In this document: in pieces, positions 31,182 through 40,980 of the stretch
How positions within the stretch are numbered: position 1 is the first letter of the stretch
Layout of the letters: the number at the start of each line of letters is the position of its first letter
Assembly: GCA_048940645.1 (NCBI GenBank)
Contig: JBHLOI010000002.1
Coordinates: 1 to 64,000, forward strand
Direction of reading: 5' to 3'
DNA length: 64,000 nt
DNA from: Promethearchaeota archaeon
Lineage (GTDB): Archaea > Asgardarchaeota > Lokiarchaeia > Sigyniarchaeales > SOKP01
The notes under the pieces: generated by a model
What the model saw: the letters and a program-made list of their open reading frames with translations, nothing else
Databases searched by the model: none
Told to the model about the DNA's origin: nothing
Translations under genes and position numbers: made by a program

Positions 31182-32537
31182 TCAAAATATTTTTATTACA
31201 TCTAACTCCTTACAAATGAGAGTATCTTCAAAAATTTGGGTAAATGAAGGGTTTGTACGATTTTCATCTCCACTAATTAATTCCTTAATGTAAGTTCCTC
31301 CCTGTGTTTCAATTAAAAATTCGAAAAATTGTGGTTTAAGGTATTTTCCTTCAATTTTATAAATCTTTTTATTTCTTATTTTATTAGCTCTTCTGTGAGA
31401 CACCCTTAATGGTGTTTTTTGTTTAATAATATGATTTTCTAATTCACTTTTTAATTTAGTTATTAAACGTTCGAATTCTAATTTAGTGAATTTATTTTCT
31501 GTTTTAACTAAAACTCTATATAATTTTTTTGCTTTTTCGGCATTTGCTTTAATCATTTTTACTTGATTTTTTGTGGTATAACTTAACTGAGATATTTTAA
31601 CTTTCCTTTTATTTTTTTTATTTACTTTTTTCTGGATCCTTTCCAAATTTAAAGTTCTTATTTTAGGATTTTTCAATTCAAGAATGAAAGGTCTACCTTC
31701 ACCTAACATTTTAGCATCAATATCTTCTCTACCCGCACCATGAAACTTTGATTTTGTCGAATATGATTGTTTAATAAACTCAGGGCTTATAAGTTCCTCC
31801 ACGCTCATCATATATTGCTTTCCAGAGAAATTGCACATCTGGCATCCTTTTCCATTACAGTTCCTGCAATTCCAGTGGGTTTGGGGTATATCTCTTACAA
31901 ATTTATTATACCTTCCATATATGAAGAGAGATCTAATAAGGAAGTAAATATTGAATGATTTGAATTTCAATGAAAAAACAATAGTAATATCTGGATTGGT
32001 GAAATCAGGAGGTTTTTGTAATATTTTTAGTAATAATTTTCCAGTTTCTCTATTAAAGTGACTCTTAAATGATTCTGCATGTAATAAATTAAGTTTTGCT
32101 TTGAAAATATCCTCTCTATTAACAATCTGTGAATTAATTTCAGTTCCAACTAAAAAACTGTTAAATTCATATTCTTTTATATTACTTATTGCTTCATCTA
32201 CATACTTTTGTAAGTCTAAGAAAATGTCATTACATAAATAACAAGTTGGATTAAGTTCAGGTTTTTTATAATTTAAACCTTCATTTTCTAAAACTTTCTG
32301 TGCGGCAGTACAATGAGCCTTTTCAGCTAGAATTTTTAAATTTTTAATTGAATTGTCTTGGTTTTTGCCACGATTTAAATAAATTCTATGATTTTCCATT
32401 GTTATTGAAAGTAATAGAGAATCTCCTCTATATTGATTGGTGGTATTGCTCCCTAAAAGAGAAAACATCCTACCTAAACAATGAGTACAAATAAAATGTT
32501 CTTCATAAATTTCTATAACTTTACTGAAAATGCTCAT
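31182..32537 (-). CDS. pus10: tRNA pseudouridine(54/55) synthase Pus10; likely start ATG 32537
   Basis: CTHCLGR, GRYNK..RDIPQTHW, FHGAGREDID, QKTPLRVSHRRA, GGTYIKELISGD. Confidence 0.96.
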   Translation of the reverse strand: MSIFSKVIEIYEEHFICTHCLGRMFSLLGSNTTNQYRGDSLLLSITMENHRIYLNRGKNQDNSIKNLKILAEKAHCTAAQKVLENEGLNYKKPELNPTCYLCNDIFLDLQKYVDEAISNIKEYEFNSFLVGTEINSQIVNREDIFKAKLNLLHAESFKSHFNRETGKLLLKILQKPPDFTNPDITIVFSLKFKSFNIYFLIRSLFIYGRYNKFVRDIPQTHWNCRNCNGKGCQMCNFSGKQYMMSVEELISPEFIKQSYSTKSKFHGAGREDIDAKMLGEGRPFILELKNPKIRTLNLERIQKKVNKKNKRKVKISQLSYTTKNQVKMIKANAEKAKKLYRVLVKTENKFTKLEFERLITKLKSELENHIIKQKTPLRVSHRRANKIRNKKIYKIEGKYLKPQFFEFLIETQGGTYIKELISGDENRTNPSFTQIFEDTLICKELDVIKIF

Positions 32538-32693
32538 ATTCAATAAATATAATTGGAACTCATTTTTCTTTTTATTGATTTTAATAAAAGAAATCAAATC
32601 TTATTAAAAAAATTTTAAAATCAAAGTTTCTTCTCCTAATTAATCTTTAGGTCATCTTAAAATAGGAAATTTAATAGTTTAGGAGAAAAAGTT

Positions 32694-32930
32694 ATGAGCA
32701 AAAGAAAGACTGGTTATGTAAAATGGTTTAATTATCGAAAAGGTTATGGCTTTATAACCACTGATGAACAACAAGAGGTTTTTGTACACTTTTCTAACAT
32801 AGATATGGACGGATTTAAAAAATTAGATATGGGAGATCATGTTGAATTCGAATTAAAAGAATCTAAAGATGGTAAAGGTTCTGAAGCTACAAATGTGAAA
32901 GTAATTCTTAAAGATAAAAGATATTTTTAG
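32694..32930 (+). CDS. Cold-shock domain protein (CspA-like)
   Basis: GYVKWFN, RNP1 KGYGFI, RNP2 VFVHFS. Confidence 0.95.
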   Translation: MSKRKTGYVKWFNYRKGYGFITTDEQQEVFVHFSNIDMDGFKKLDMGDHVEFELKESKDGKGSEATNVKVILKDKRYF

Positions 32931-32999
32931 AAAAAAAATGAATATGCATAAAAATAAGTAATAATGAAGATAAGATTTTAAGAACTAATTATCGTCTTC

Positions 33000-33974
33000 T
33001 CAGTCTTCTTCTTCATCCCATCCTAAATCTTTTAAAACAGATTCAAAAGTCTCTGATTCTTTATCTAAAACGAATTCTGTATCGTATTCAGAGGCGGTTT
33101 CTATATTCTGTGATTCTAATTTTGGGGGGGATAAATCATCAAGAGAAGGTAATCCGTCTGGAACTTGTTTTTCTTGGACAATTTGCGGTTCTTGGGCATT
33201 GGTGTCTTCCTCAATTTCCATAGGTGTATAATCTTCAAGAGGAACTGGAGGGATTTCATCATCATAAACCTTAAATCCTGCTTCAGAATCTTCTGAAATT
33301 TGAGGTGTTTCAACAGTTTCCTCAGTTGCAGGAGGATGTTCATGTATTTTTTCATATTCTAACCCAACTGATTTTGGAATTGAAACAATATTATTCTCTG
33401 CCTTTTCTTCAAATTCCTCAACCGCTATTCCTTCCTTTTCCCATTCATTAAGAAATCCCAATAGATCATCTAAAGCAGCTTTATCTTCTTCAAGTGAAGG
33501 GATTTTTAATGCTGAAGCCTCTTGATCTTGTTCTCTAACTAATTTTTGTCTTTCAGATTCTTCTAATGAAAGCGTCATTTCTGTTATTTCATCCCCTGAT
33601 ATTAAGCGATTTAACTTTTTAGCTAACTCACGGAGGTATCCTAAATAATATCCAATTCGATAGACATTCTTTAATCCTCCAAATACAATATATTCATCAT
33701 TTATTGCTAATAATATACTATAACCTGATGTATTATGAAGGATAATCTCTGTTAAGGCCCCATGGGCCGTAGCTTCACTTAATCTTAATCCTAAATCAAT
33801 TAATGCTGTACTTGAAGCAGAAGTAGCATCAGCATCTAATTCTGAGGATAAGGCAGAGGCAACCTTCATTCCAACTCTTGATAATACAGCTAAATTCTCT
33901 AAATCTGTTCTGTCTTCTTCGATTTTAAGAATATTCATCATTTTTTCTCTAACATCTTGAACAAGGGAAGACAT
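33000..33974 (-). CDS. Roadblock/LC7-like domain protein with a long acidic C-terminal region
   Basis: AVLSRVGMKVAS...SASSTALIDLGLRL...GALTEIILHNTSGYSILLAI fits the roadblock pattern; residues after about 130 are E/D/P-rich. Confidence 0.75.
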   Translation of the reverse strand: MSSLVQDVREKMMNILKIEEDRTDLENLAVLSRVGMKVASALSSELDADATSASSTALIDLGLRLSEATAHGALTEIILHNTSGYSILLAINDEYIVFGGLKNVYRIGYYLGYLRELAKKLNRLISGDEITEMTLSLEESERQKLVREQDQEASALKIPSLEEDKAALDDLLGFLNEWEKEGIAVEEFEEKAENNIVSIPKSVGLEYEKIHEHPPATEETVETPQISEDSEAGFKVYDDEIPPVPLEDYTPMEIEEDTNAQEPQIVQEKQVPDGLPSLDDLSPPKLESQNIETASEYDTEFVLDKESETFESVLKDLGWDEEED

Positions 33975-34078
33975 TTTTAGTCAAAAACTCATTTAGATTT
34001 AAATTTTATTAATAGCAATACTTTTTACCTATTCTTAAATATACAAATAAAATTTATACTAATATATTTTATTATGGG

Positions 34079-34795
34079 TCAAACTAAAAAATCACTTAAA
34101 GTTGTTTGAGTGGATGGAATTTTTTCTAACTTCTTAAAAGAATAACCAGATATATGTGTAATAATCTCTTCAATTTCTTTAACTACATCATCTTCTAAAA
34201 GGTTTTCAGTATCAATAATAAATAATTTGTCTGATTGATCTTGGGATAATAACATCTGTTCATATTGAGAAAGAATTTTTAGAAGATATTCTTTCTCATA
34301 TTCATTCCATTCTCTTCTTATCTTTTCTAATGAACCTCTTTGTATAATTCTTTTAAGGATCGTCTCGGGATAGGCACTAAGATAAATAATATAATCTTCT
34401 CGCCATCTAACTGATTTAAACATATCATATATAAGATTATAATCCTTTTCTTTAAGGTTTAGACTTTTAGAATAAATTAAAACACATTTAGGAGTTCGAT
34501 CTAAGATAATTATCCTTCCGTTGTATAATCTATCAAAATTGAGAATGTTTTGATTTCTTTTAATAAATTGTTGGAGAAAATGCATTTCACTTCTAAAAGC
34601 AATTTGTTTATCAGAAGATCCAAATGGAAAAGGAGGTATTTTTTTATATCTTTCTGGAAAAAATTTGAATTTTTTATTGTTTTCTAATTTTTTCCTTAAA
34701 AGATAATATATTGTAGTTTTTCCAACTCCATGAGCACCAGCTATTGAGATGACTAAATTTTTTTTGCTGCCTTTATTTCTATAAATTTTACCCAA
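34079..34795 (-). CDS. Deoxynucleoside/thymidylate kinase-like P-loop kinase
   Basis: ISIAGAHGVGKTT, IILDR, IIYL.A.PETILKRIIQRG. Confidence 0.75.
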   Translation of the reverse strand: MGKIYRNKGSKKNLVISIAGAHGVGKTTIYYLLRKKLENNKKFKFFPERYKKIPPFPFGSSDKQIAFRSEMHFLQQFIKRNQNILNFDRLYNGRIIILDRTPKCVLIYSKSLNLKEKDYNLIYDMFKSVRWREDYIIYLSAYPETILKRIIQRGSLEKIRREWNEYEKEYLLKILSQYEQMLLSQDQSDKLFIIDTENLLEDDVVKEIEEIITHISGYSFKKLEKIPSTQTTLSDFLV

Positions 34796-34916
34796 TCTAT
34801 CTTTCTCCGTAAAGCGATTTTACCGTATAATAAAGAATTTAAGGTGTTAATAATACCATTAGAGTTATTTAATTTTTCTTATTATTAAATTTATATATTA
34901 AGTAGTAAATTGAATT

Positions 34917-36008
34917 CTAAAAAAATAGGATTACAATAACAAGAACTATATTGTAGAAGGTACCTGCTAGGATTGTATTATAGATGTTATTGTTCAATTC
35001 AAAAATTATTCCCAGTAATATTGAACTTGAAAAATAGAATAAAAAAAAGAAAACACTTATCGGAAGCAAAAATACCAAATTTAATAAAGAATACACCAAA
35101 GCAACCAAAATAATTACAGTGATTCTTCCAATAATGTTGTTTTCAAAATGATTTTTTAATGTATTATGTAAAACTCCTCTAAAAACAATTTCAGAGGATA
35201 TAGTACTTATGCTCATAAAAATAATTAATATAATGTCCCATAAAAGTCCAGCTTCTCGAATAATTTGATTTTGTAAGGCAATTTCACCAGGAAGATCAAT
35301 ACCAAAAGTAATACCAGAATTATAGAGAAAATCTGTGAACATATCAGAAAAGAAACTAATCTCAAATAAAATTACACTAGATATTACTCCGATAATAAAA
35401 GCAAGTACAATCAATTTTTTACGAGATCTAAATCCTAATTTCGTAAAACTGTGTTTTTTAGAATAAATATACCATAAAGGATAAACACCAAAAATTATTT
35501 CAGGAATGTGACTTAAGAAAATTGTAAAGATATTCACATCTCCAGAAACTCCCGTTAATAACATGATAATCAATAGTCGAATAGTTATATATGCCATTAA
35601 GGAATTTCCAAAAACACTAATTCCCTCCCTCAAATTCCATATATCTTTTTTTAATATGAGTTTTTGTTCAGGTATTAATTTTTTATTTGTGAAAATGAAT
35701 CCTGAGCTTTTTTGAGGAACTTGAGATGCAACTCGCTTTTGATCTTTCGATAATTTTTCTAATTTTGTATTACAAATTGGACATTGCTCTAATATAGGAG
35801 AAGTAATTATAGAACCACATCCAGGACACTTTCTAGATACAGTTTTTTTGACTTTTAATGAGGTTGGTTCTTCAATTAAATCTACTTTTTCAGATTTCAT
35901 CTTTAAAACTAATTTCCCGCATCGGGGGCAATAAGTTTGATTCATGTCAACAGTTTCACCACAATGTACACAATATTTTACTGCTGGTTTTTTGTTATTA
36001 TCTGACAT
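34917..36008 (-). CDS. Double zinc-ribbon + CPBP-like membrane domain (catalytic residues degenerate)
   Basis: CVHCG..YCPRCG and CPGCG..CPIC; SEIVFRG in place of EExxFRG; both His motifs absent. Confidence 0.75.
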   Translation of the reverse strand: MSDNNKKPAVKYCVHCGETVDMNQTYCPRCGKLVLKMKSEKVDLIEEPTSLKVKKTVSRKCPGCGSIITSPILEQCPICNTKLEKLSKDQKRVASQVPQKSSGFIFTNKKLIPEQKLILKKDIWNLREGISVFGNSLMAYITIRLLIIMLLTGVSGDVNIFTIFLSHIPEIIFGVYPLWYIYSKKHSFTKLGFRSRKKLIVLAFIIGVISSVILFEISFFSDMFTDFLYNSGITFGIDLPGEIALQNQIIREAGLLWDIILIIFMSISTISSEIVFRGVLHNTLKNHFENNIIGRITVIILVALVYSLLNLVFLLPISVFFFLFYFSSSILLGIIFELNNNIYNTILAGTFYNIVLVIVILFF

Positions 36009-36156
36009 TGTTATATCGAAATTAGGATTTTAATATTCTTAAGCACATAACATATGTAAAAGTACTTGTTTTAACTTAGTAAAAAATATAAATTAAAAAT
36101 TATATAGTTTATGATTATTTTTACTAATTATCAAATAATTTCATAACTATTTTACT

Positions 36157-37308
36157 ATGAAGAGTAGAGAAAGGGTTAAAAGAGCGTTCCATTATGAAAA
36201 ACCCGATCGAGTTCCAATGTTTAGCATGAATTTGATTAAATCAGATTTTTTATATGGTATTCTATTTAATTCAAAAATATGGCAACCTGAAAACTATCCA
36301 CCTCACGTTTCAGGAGGAGTATATTCAATTTCCAAATTATATTATCGCCTTCTTGTATATAATTGGGAGAAAAAGTTTAGAAAGAAAGCAGAATACCCAA
36401 AAAGATGGTGGAAATACCCTCATACTAGTATAGATGAGTGGAATATTTTGTGGAAATCTGCTGGAACTGAAAGCAAAGATATTACCAAAGGACATCCTTG
36501 TTTTGGTCCAATTCAGGATAATTGGGACAATTTAATCAACTTTGAAATACCTAATGGATCAAATTCAGATAGATTTCGATTAGTTCGATTTAAATTATGG
36601 AAAATCTTGGCAAAAAACAAATACACTGTAGGAGTATTAGATGTAAATGGCTTTTTCAATTTATGTTCCCAACTTAGAGGTTTTAATAACATTTTAATAG
36701 ACTTTGTGAGAAATTCTAATAAGGTGCATATATTAATAAACAAATTGGTTCCCTACTTTCTAGATCAGATAAAGGAATATAAAAGCCAATATCCAAAATT
36801 AGATGCAATATATGTAGCTGATGATCTAGGTACACAAAAGTCACCTTTCATAAGTCCGGTAATATTTAATACATTTTTTAAGAAACCTTACAAGAAAATT
36901 ATTAATTTAACACATGATTTAGATATGGATTTTATACTCCATTCATGTGGCCAAATTTTCGAACTGATGCCAAATGTCATAGATACCGGGGTTGATGTTT
37001 TTCAATTTGATAGCCCTTTAATGACTGGTGTAGAAAATTTCAAGCTGTATTCCGAACAAAGAAAGGTTGCTTTTTGGCTCTCTTCGAACATTCAGAGCAC
37101 TTACATACTTGGAACTCCGATAGATGTGGAGAATGAAATAAAATATTATATTGAGCAGATAGGGAAAAAGAATGGGGGATTAGCGATTTGCGAATATGAC
37201 TCAAATAGCACTTTAGGCACTCCCAAAGAAAATATTATAGCCCAAAGGGAAGCTACATTAAAATGGGGCATATATAATCAGGAAGGGTATATTACTTGGT
37301 TAGTATAA
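36157..37308 (+). CDS. Uroporphyrinogen decarboxylase / MtaA-CmuA methyltransferase family protein
   Basis: MKSRERV..A...EKPDRVP, DEW, LRG, DDLGTQ, LHSCG. Confidence 0.85.
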   Translation: MKSRERVKRAFHYEKPDRVPMFSMNLIKSDFLYGILFNSKIWQPENYPPHVSGGVYSISKLYYRLLVYNWEKKFRKKAEYPKRWWKYPHTSIDEWNILWKSAGTESKDITKGHPCFGPIQDNWDNLINFEIPNGSNSDRFRLVRFKLWKILAKNKYTVGVLDVNGFFNLCSQLRGFNNILIDFVRNSNKVHILINKLVPYFLDQIKEYKSQYPKLDAIYVADDLGTQKSPFISPVIFNTFFKKPYKKIINLTHDLDMDFILHSCGQIFELMPNVIDTGVDVFQFDSPLMTGVENFKLYSEQRKVAFWLSSNIQSTYILGTPIDVENEIKYYIEQIGKKNGGLAICEYDSNSTLGTPKENIIAQREATLKWGIYNQEGYITWLV

Positions 37309-37451
37309 TATAAAAATTTATCTAAAAAAGGTTATATAAATTAAATTATGAAGATTTTCAAGAAAAGAATTAATGAAATTAGAGGAAAATTTGTAATAAT
37401 TGGATAGGAAATATTAAAAATTTAATATAAGCAAAATAGAATGAATATTTA

Positions 37452-38708
37452 TTAAGGTTTGTCGTCAAATTTTTTTAAATTTTTTCTTGTAATATTATAC
37501 ATTTCCATTAATAACAATCCATGATAATATGATATCGCATCAAAATAAACTTCTCCCAGTTCAGATTTACCAGAATGTACTAAAGCCAATTGAGCATTCA
37601 AAGCGGTTTTAATTAACAATTCTACCCCAGTATAAATTAAATTTGGACTCCAAATCCCTCTATCTGGATTTGCCCACCAAGTAGGACAAGAATATAATCC
37701 TCTATCATAAAAATATCGAGCGGTTTTATAATAATTCTCAATATCCCAATCTTCTGTAAAATCTAAACTATCCACTATATTAATTAGATTATGTAAGCTA
37801 TTCATTATTTTCCAGTAATATTTATGAATGATATTATCTGGATTTCTCCATAGGGGGTAGGGTAATCCAGATTTTAAATCATCATAGGTAGTACTCCAGC
37901 TTGAATCATTTGGTATTATATGTTTCTTCACCATAGGGAAATAATTATTTAATTCAGATATAAAAATCATTTTGATACTTTCTTCTTCACTGATTAATTC
38001 CATAGTTTTTCCCAGAAATATTTTTTCATAGTTCTTTACGTGATGCCCAAATGTTTCTCCATCCATTGCTGTTATGATATATGTATCATTGGCATTTTTC
38101 TGCTTTGGATCCTTATGGGTAGTTTTTAAATCTTTAACAAATTCTTTGGCGGAAATATGTTTAAACGAAATTTTATTACTCAATATGTCATCTCTAAAGT
38201 AAAGCAATAAACCATTTGGGGAAGTAAAGATCTTATCATAAGGCCATTCCACAGGACAAGCAATTCCGCTTAAAATGACCCATTTATAACCTAAATCTCT
38301 TAAAAATTTAGCCACTTTAGAATTAATCGATAATTCGGGAGGGAAAAAGCCTTTTCTTTCCCATCTTCCAAATGTCTTAATGTTCACTTCTTCATTTATT
38401 TGAATTTGATGTTGTGCTTCTTTTCTTGGAATTAAGGGCAAAATTGGATGAAATTTTGCGGTACCAACTACTTCTATTTTATTTTCAACTACTAAGTCTT
38501 TTATTAATTCAATAGTATCTCCAAAATCATATTCATATAACATTTCGATAAGGATACCATTAATATTTAAACAAAATTTAGCGTTATCATATCCTTTAAT
38601 TAGAGAAAATAATGGTTTATAACATTCTTCATTAATCCTCTTTAAAACTTTAATATCCTGAGTCGGAGGTTGATATATATGTATAAGAGGGGCAAAATAT
38701 GTTGTCAT
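37452..38708 (-). CDS. Glycoside hydrolase family 57
   Basis: HIYQP, FHPILPLI, GFFPPEL (nucleophile), AMDGETFGHH (acid/base), SSWS. Confidence 0.92.
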   Translation of the reverse strand: MTTYFAPLIHIYQPPTQDIKVLKRINEECYKPLFSLIKGYDNAKFCLNINGILIEMLYEYDFGDTIELIKDLVVENKIEVVGTAKFHPILPLIPRKEAQHQIQINEEVNIKTFGRWERKGFFPPELSINSKVAKFLRDLGYKWVILSGIACPVEWPYDKIFTSPNGLLLYFRDDILSNKISFKHISAKEFVKDLKTTHKDPKQKNANDTYIITAMDGETFGHHVKNYEKIFLGKTMELISEEESIKMIFISELNNYFPMVKKHIIPNDSSWSTTYDDLKSGLPYPLWRNPDNIIHKYYWKIMNSLHNLINIVDSLDFTEDWDIENYYKTARYFYDRGLYSCPTWWANPDRGIWSPNLIYTGVELLIKTALNAQLALVHSGKSELGEVYFDAISYYHGLLLMEMYNITRKNLKKFDDKP

Positions 38709-38775
38709 TTTTAATCTATATTTAATTAGTTATAATTTAAAAAATTAATAATTTGTATTGCTAATTAATTTTGGG

Positions 38776-40335
38776 TTAACTAAATGAAGTTTTAAAATTT
38801 TGTAGGGCTTTATTACGATTTATACAAGGTTTACATTTTCCACATGGCTCGTTAAAATCTCCATAACAACTCCATGTTAGATCAATAGGGACCTTAAGCT
38901 TTTTAGCTAACTTAATAATTCCTAATTTATCTAGTTTTGCTAAAGGAAAAATTAATTTTAAATTAGTTCTATCCTCTTTATGTTTAGATTTCAATATTAA
39001 TTTTTCCAAAGATTTAAAGAAAGATAATTCAGAATCCGGAAAAGATTTTGGATCCTCAACAATATGGCCTCCAATGACAAATTCACATCCGTAAATTTGT
39101 GCATAATAAGCTGCTATAGAATAAAATATTAAATTACGCAGCGGTATATAGCCTTCGGGTGCATTAAAAGCGGAAATAACAGGATACCCCTCAAAAAGTA
39201 GATCGGTTGCTTGTGCTATAAATGGGATATTAACCTCAGTTAATTCAACTCCAGCTATCTTTGCTAATTCTCTAGCAGCTTGTTTTTCTTTCTCTGGTCT
39301 ATATTGATAATTCATCGAAAGCGTAATAACTCTATAACCTTGTTTAATTGCCCAAAAAAGCGTTGTTGTAGAATCAATACCACCAGAAAGTAGTATTATT
39401 GCTCGGTTTTCTGATCTATCTAACTTAGGTTGTAGTTTCGCTAATACTGCTGCTTTAACTGCTTCACTTAAAGAGGTAAGCTTATAATTCAAAATTTGGG
39501 CAGTTAAATTTCCATCTAAATTTAGATTACACCGCATAACATCAACCATTTCTTCGCAAATGTCTAATTCATCAGCAGCTTTATCATAGTCAATGTAATT
39601 AAAATCTGGTTTGGGAATATTTATGCCAATTTTTTTTATATTTGAATAGACCCTATCAACTAATTTATTCATATTGGTAGTTTCTGGGCCTACAAGGTTG
39701 TATATTTGATTATCCTTACCAATTCCATCAGCAGCTGCTAAAAATGCTTTAACCGCATCTTTAACATAAATAGGTTGCATTGGGATTTTTCCATCTCCAG
39801 CGATTAATACAATCCCATTAGAGATTTGCTCAATAATCTCAGGAATTAACTCATCATTTGGACCTAAGATATAGGAGGGTCTAAAAATAATATAAGGAAT
39901 TTTACTCTCTTGCAATAGCTGTTCTGCCTTTTTTTTTGAGTAAAAATAATTATTATTGGCCCATTCCTCAATACCAACTTTATCAACACCTAACCCCGAG
40001 GGATATATTATTCTTGATACATTTTGGCTTTTAGCAGCTTCTATAACATTTTTCAACCCATTAACATTTATACTTTCAAATAATTCCTTACTTCCACATA
40101 CAATATTCGCAAAATGTAATACTGCCTTACACCCATTAAATGCTTGTTCTAATTTTTCGATTGCAAAATTTTTTACAATATAAGGTTTTGCTCCTAGGTT
40201 TTTAACCAACTCAACAACTTCTTGTCGTCGTACAATAGCATTAACTTTCCATCCTAATTTTATTGCTTCCTTTATAGTGTGTTGTCCAAGGTAGCCATTA
40301 GCACCAGTTATTGCAACTCTTTTTGTTTCATTCAT
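38776..40335 (-). CDS. queC: Fusion: NAD(P)-dependent SDR/epimerase domain + 7-cyano-7-deazaguanine synthase QueC
   Basis: N-terminal TGANGYLG, YFYSK, RPSYILG; C-terminal LLSGGIDS, YIPLRNLIF, TWSCY...PCGKCKPC; one uninterrupted 519-aa frame. Confidence 0.88.
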   Translation of the reverse strand: MNETKRVAITGANGYLGQHTIKEAIKLGWKVNAIVRRQEVVELVKNLGAKPYIVKNFAIEKLEQAFNGCKAVLHFANIVCGSKELFESINVNGLKNVIEAAKSQNVSRIIYPSGLGVDKVGIEEWANNNYFYSKKKAEQLLQESKIPYIIFRPSYILGPNDELIPEIIEQISNGIVLIAGDGKIPMQPIYVKDAVKAFLAAADGIGKDNQIYNLVGPETTNMNKLVDRVYSNIKKIGINIPKPDFNYIDYDKAADELDICEEMVDVMRCNLNLDGNLTAQILNYKLTSLSEAVKAAVLAKLQPKLDRSENRAIILLSGGIDSTTTLFWAIKQGYRVITLSMNYQYRPEKEKQAARELAKIAGVELTEVNIPFIAQATDLLFEGYPVISAFNAPEGYIPLRNLIFYSIAAYYAQIYGCEFVIGGHIVEDPKSFPDSELSFFKSLEKLILKSKHKEDRTNLKLIFPLAKLDKLGIIKLAKKLKVPIDLTWSCYGDFNEPCGKCKPCINRNKALQNFKTSFS

Positions 40336-40510
40336 ATTAATATCTCATTTTTATATTGATTATCCAAATTAATATTTATCCTACATATTTTAAAAATCAT
40401 AAGAACAGATAGAATAGATTTATAATCTTTAAACACAAAATATAAAAAGATTCAAAAGAAATTCAATACAATTCCAATAATTAAAATAATTTAAAATAGA
40501 TTGACATTCT

Positions 40511-40966
40511 ATGGGATATAAAGTTATTATCAATTCTAACAAAATCAAATTCAGTGCTTGTCATTTTCTTAAAGAACCTCGCAAATGTTCAAGGCTTCAT
40601 GGTCATAATTATTATGTTTCTGTTGAGCTAGAAGATGAATTAGATGATAATTACTTTGTTGATGATTTTATCAAATTAAAAAAGAATATTAAGGAAATTG
40701 TTAAACATTTAGATCATTTCATTCTGATACCAGAAGAAGCACCTTATTTAAAATTCAAAAAAGATCAAACCTCTGTAGAAGTTCTAACATCAAATAAACG
40801 CTATGTTTTTCCTCTCTCAGAAGTTAAATTTCTTCCAATTCCGGCTAGTACTAGTGAACTTTTAGCTAAATATATTCATAGTAAAGTTAAAGAGATCTAT
40901 AAAGATAAGAAAATTTCTGTTAAATTAGAAGAAAGTAAAGATGCAATAGCTGTTTATGAAGATTGA
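40511..40966 (+). CDS. queD: 6-carboxy-5,6,7,8-tetrahydropterin synthase (QueD/PTPS family)
   Basis: FSACH, CSRLHGHNY, LDH, STSELLAKYI; divergent from queC. Confidence 0.9.
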   Translation: MGYKVIINSNKIKFSACHFLKEPRKCSRLHGHNYYVSVELEDELDDNYFVDDFIKLKKNIKEIVKHLDHFILIPEEAPYLKFKKDQTSVEVLTSNKRYVFPLSEVKFLPIPASTSELLAKYIHSKVKEIYKDKKISVKLEESKDAIAVYED

Positions 40967-40980
40967 TAATTACACTTTTA

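Noticed and set aside
38776-40335. QueC as part of an anti-phage system (QatC-type or Dpd DNA modification)
   Set aside because: No qatABD, dpdA or other defence genes nearby; the context is queD and housekeeping metabolism.
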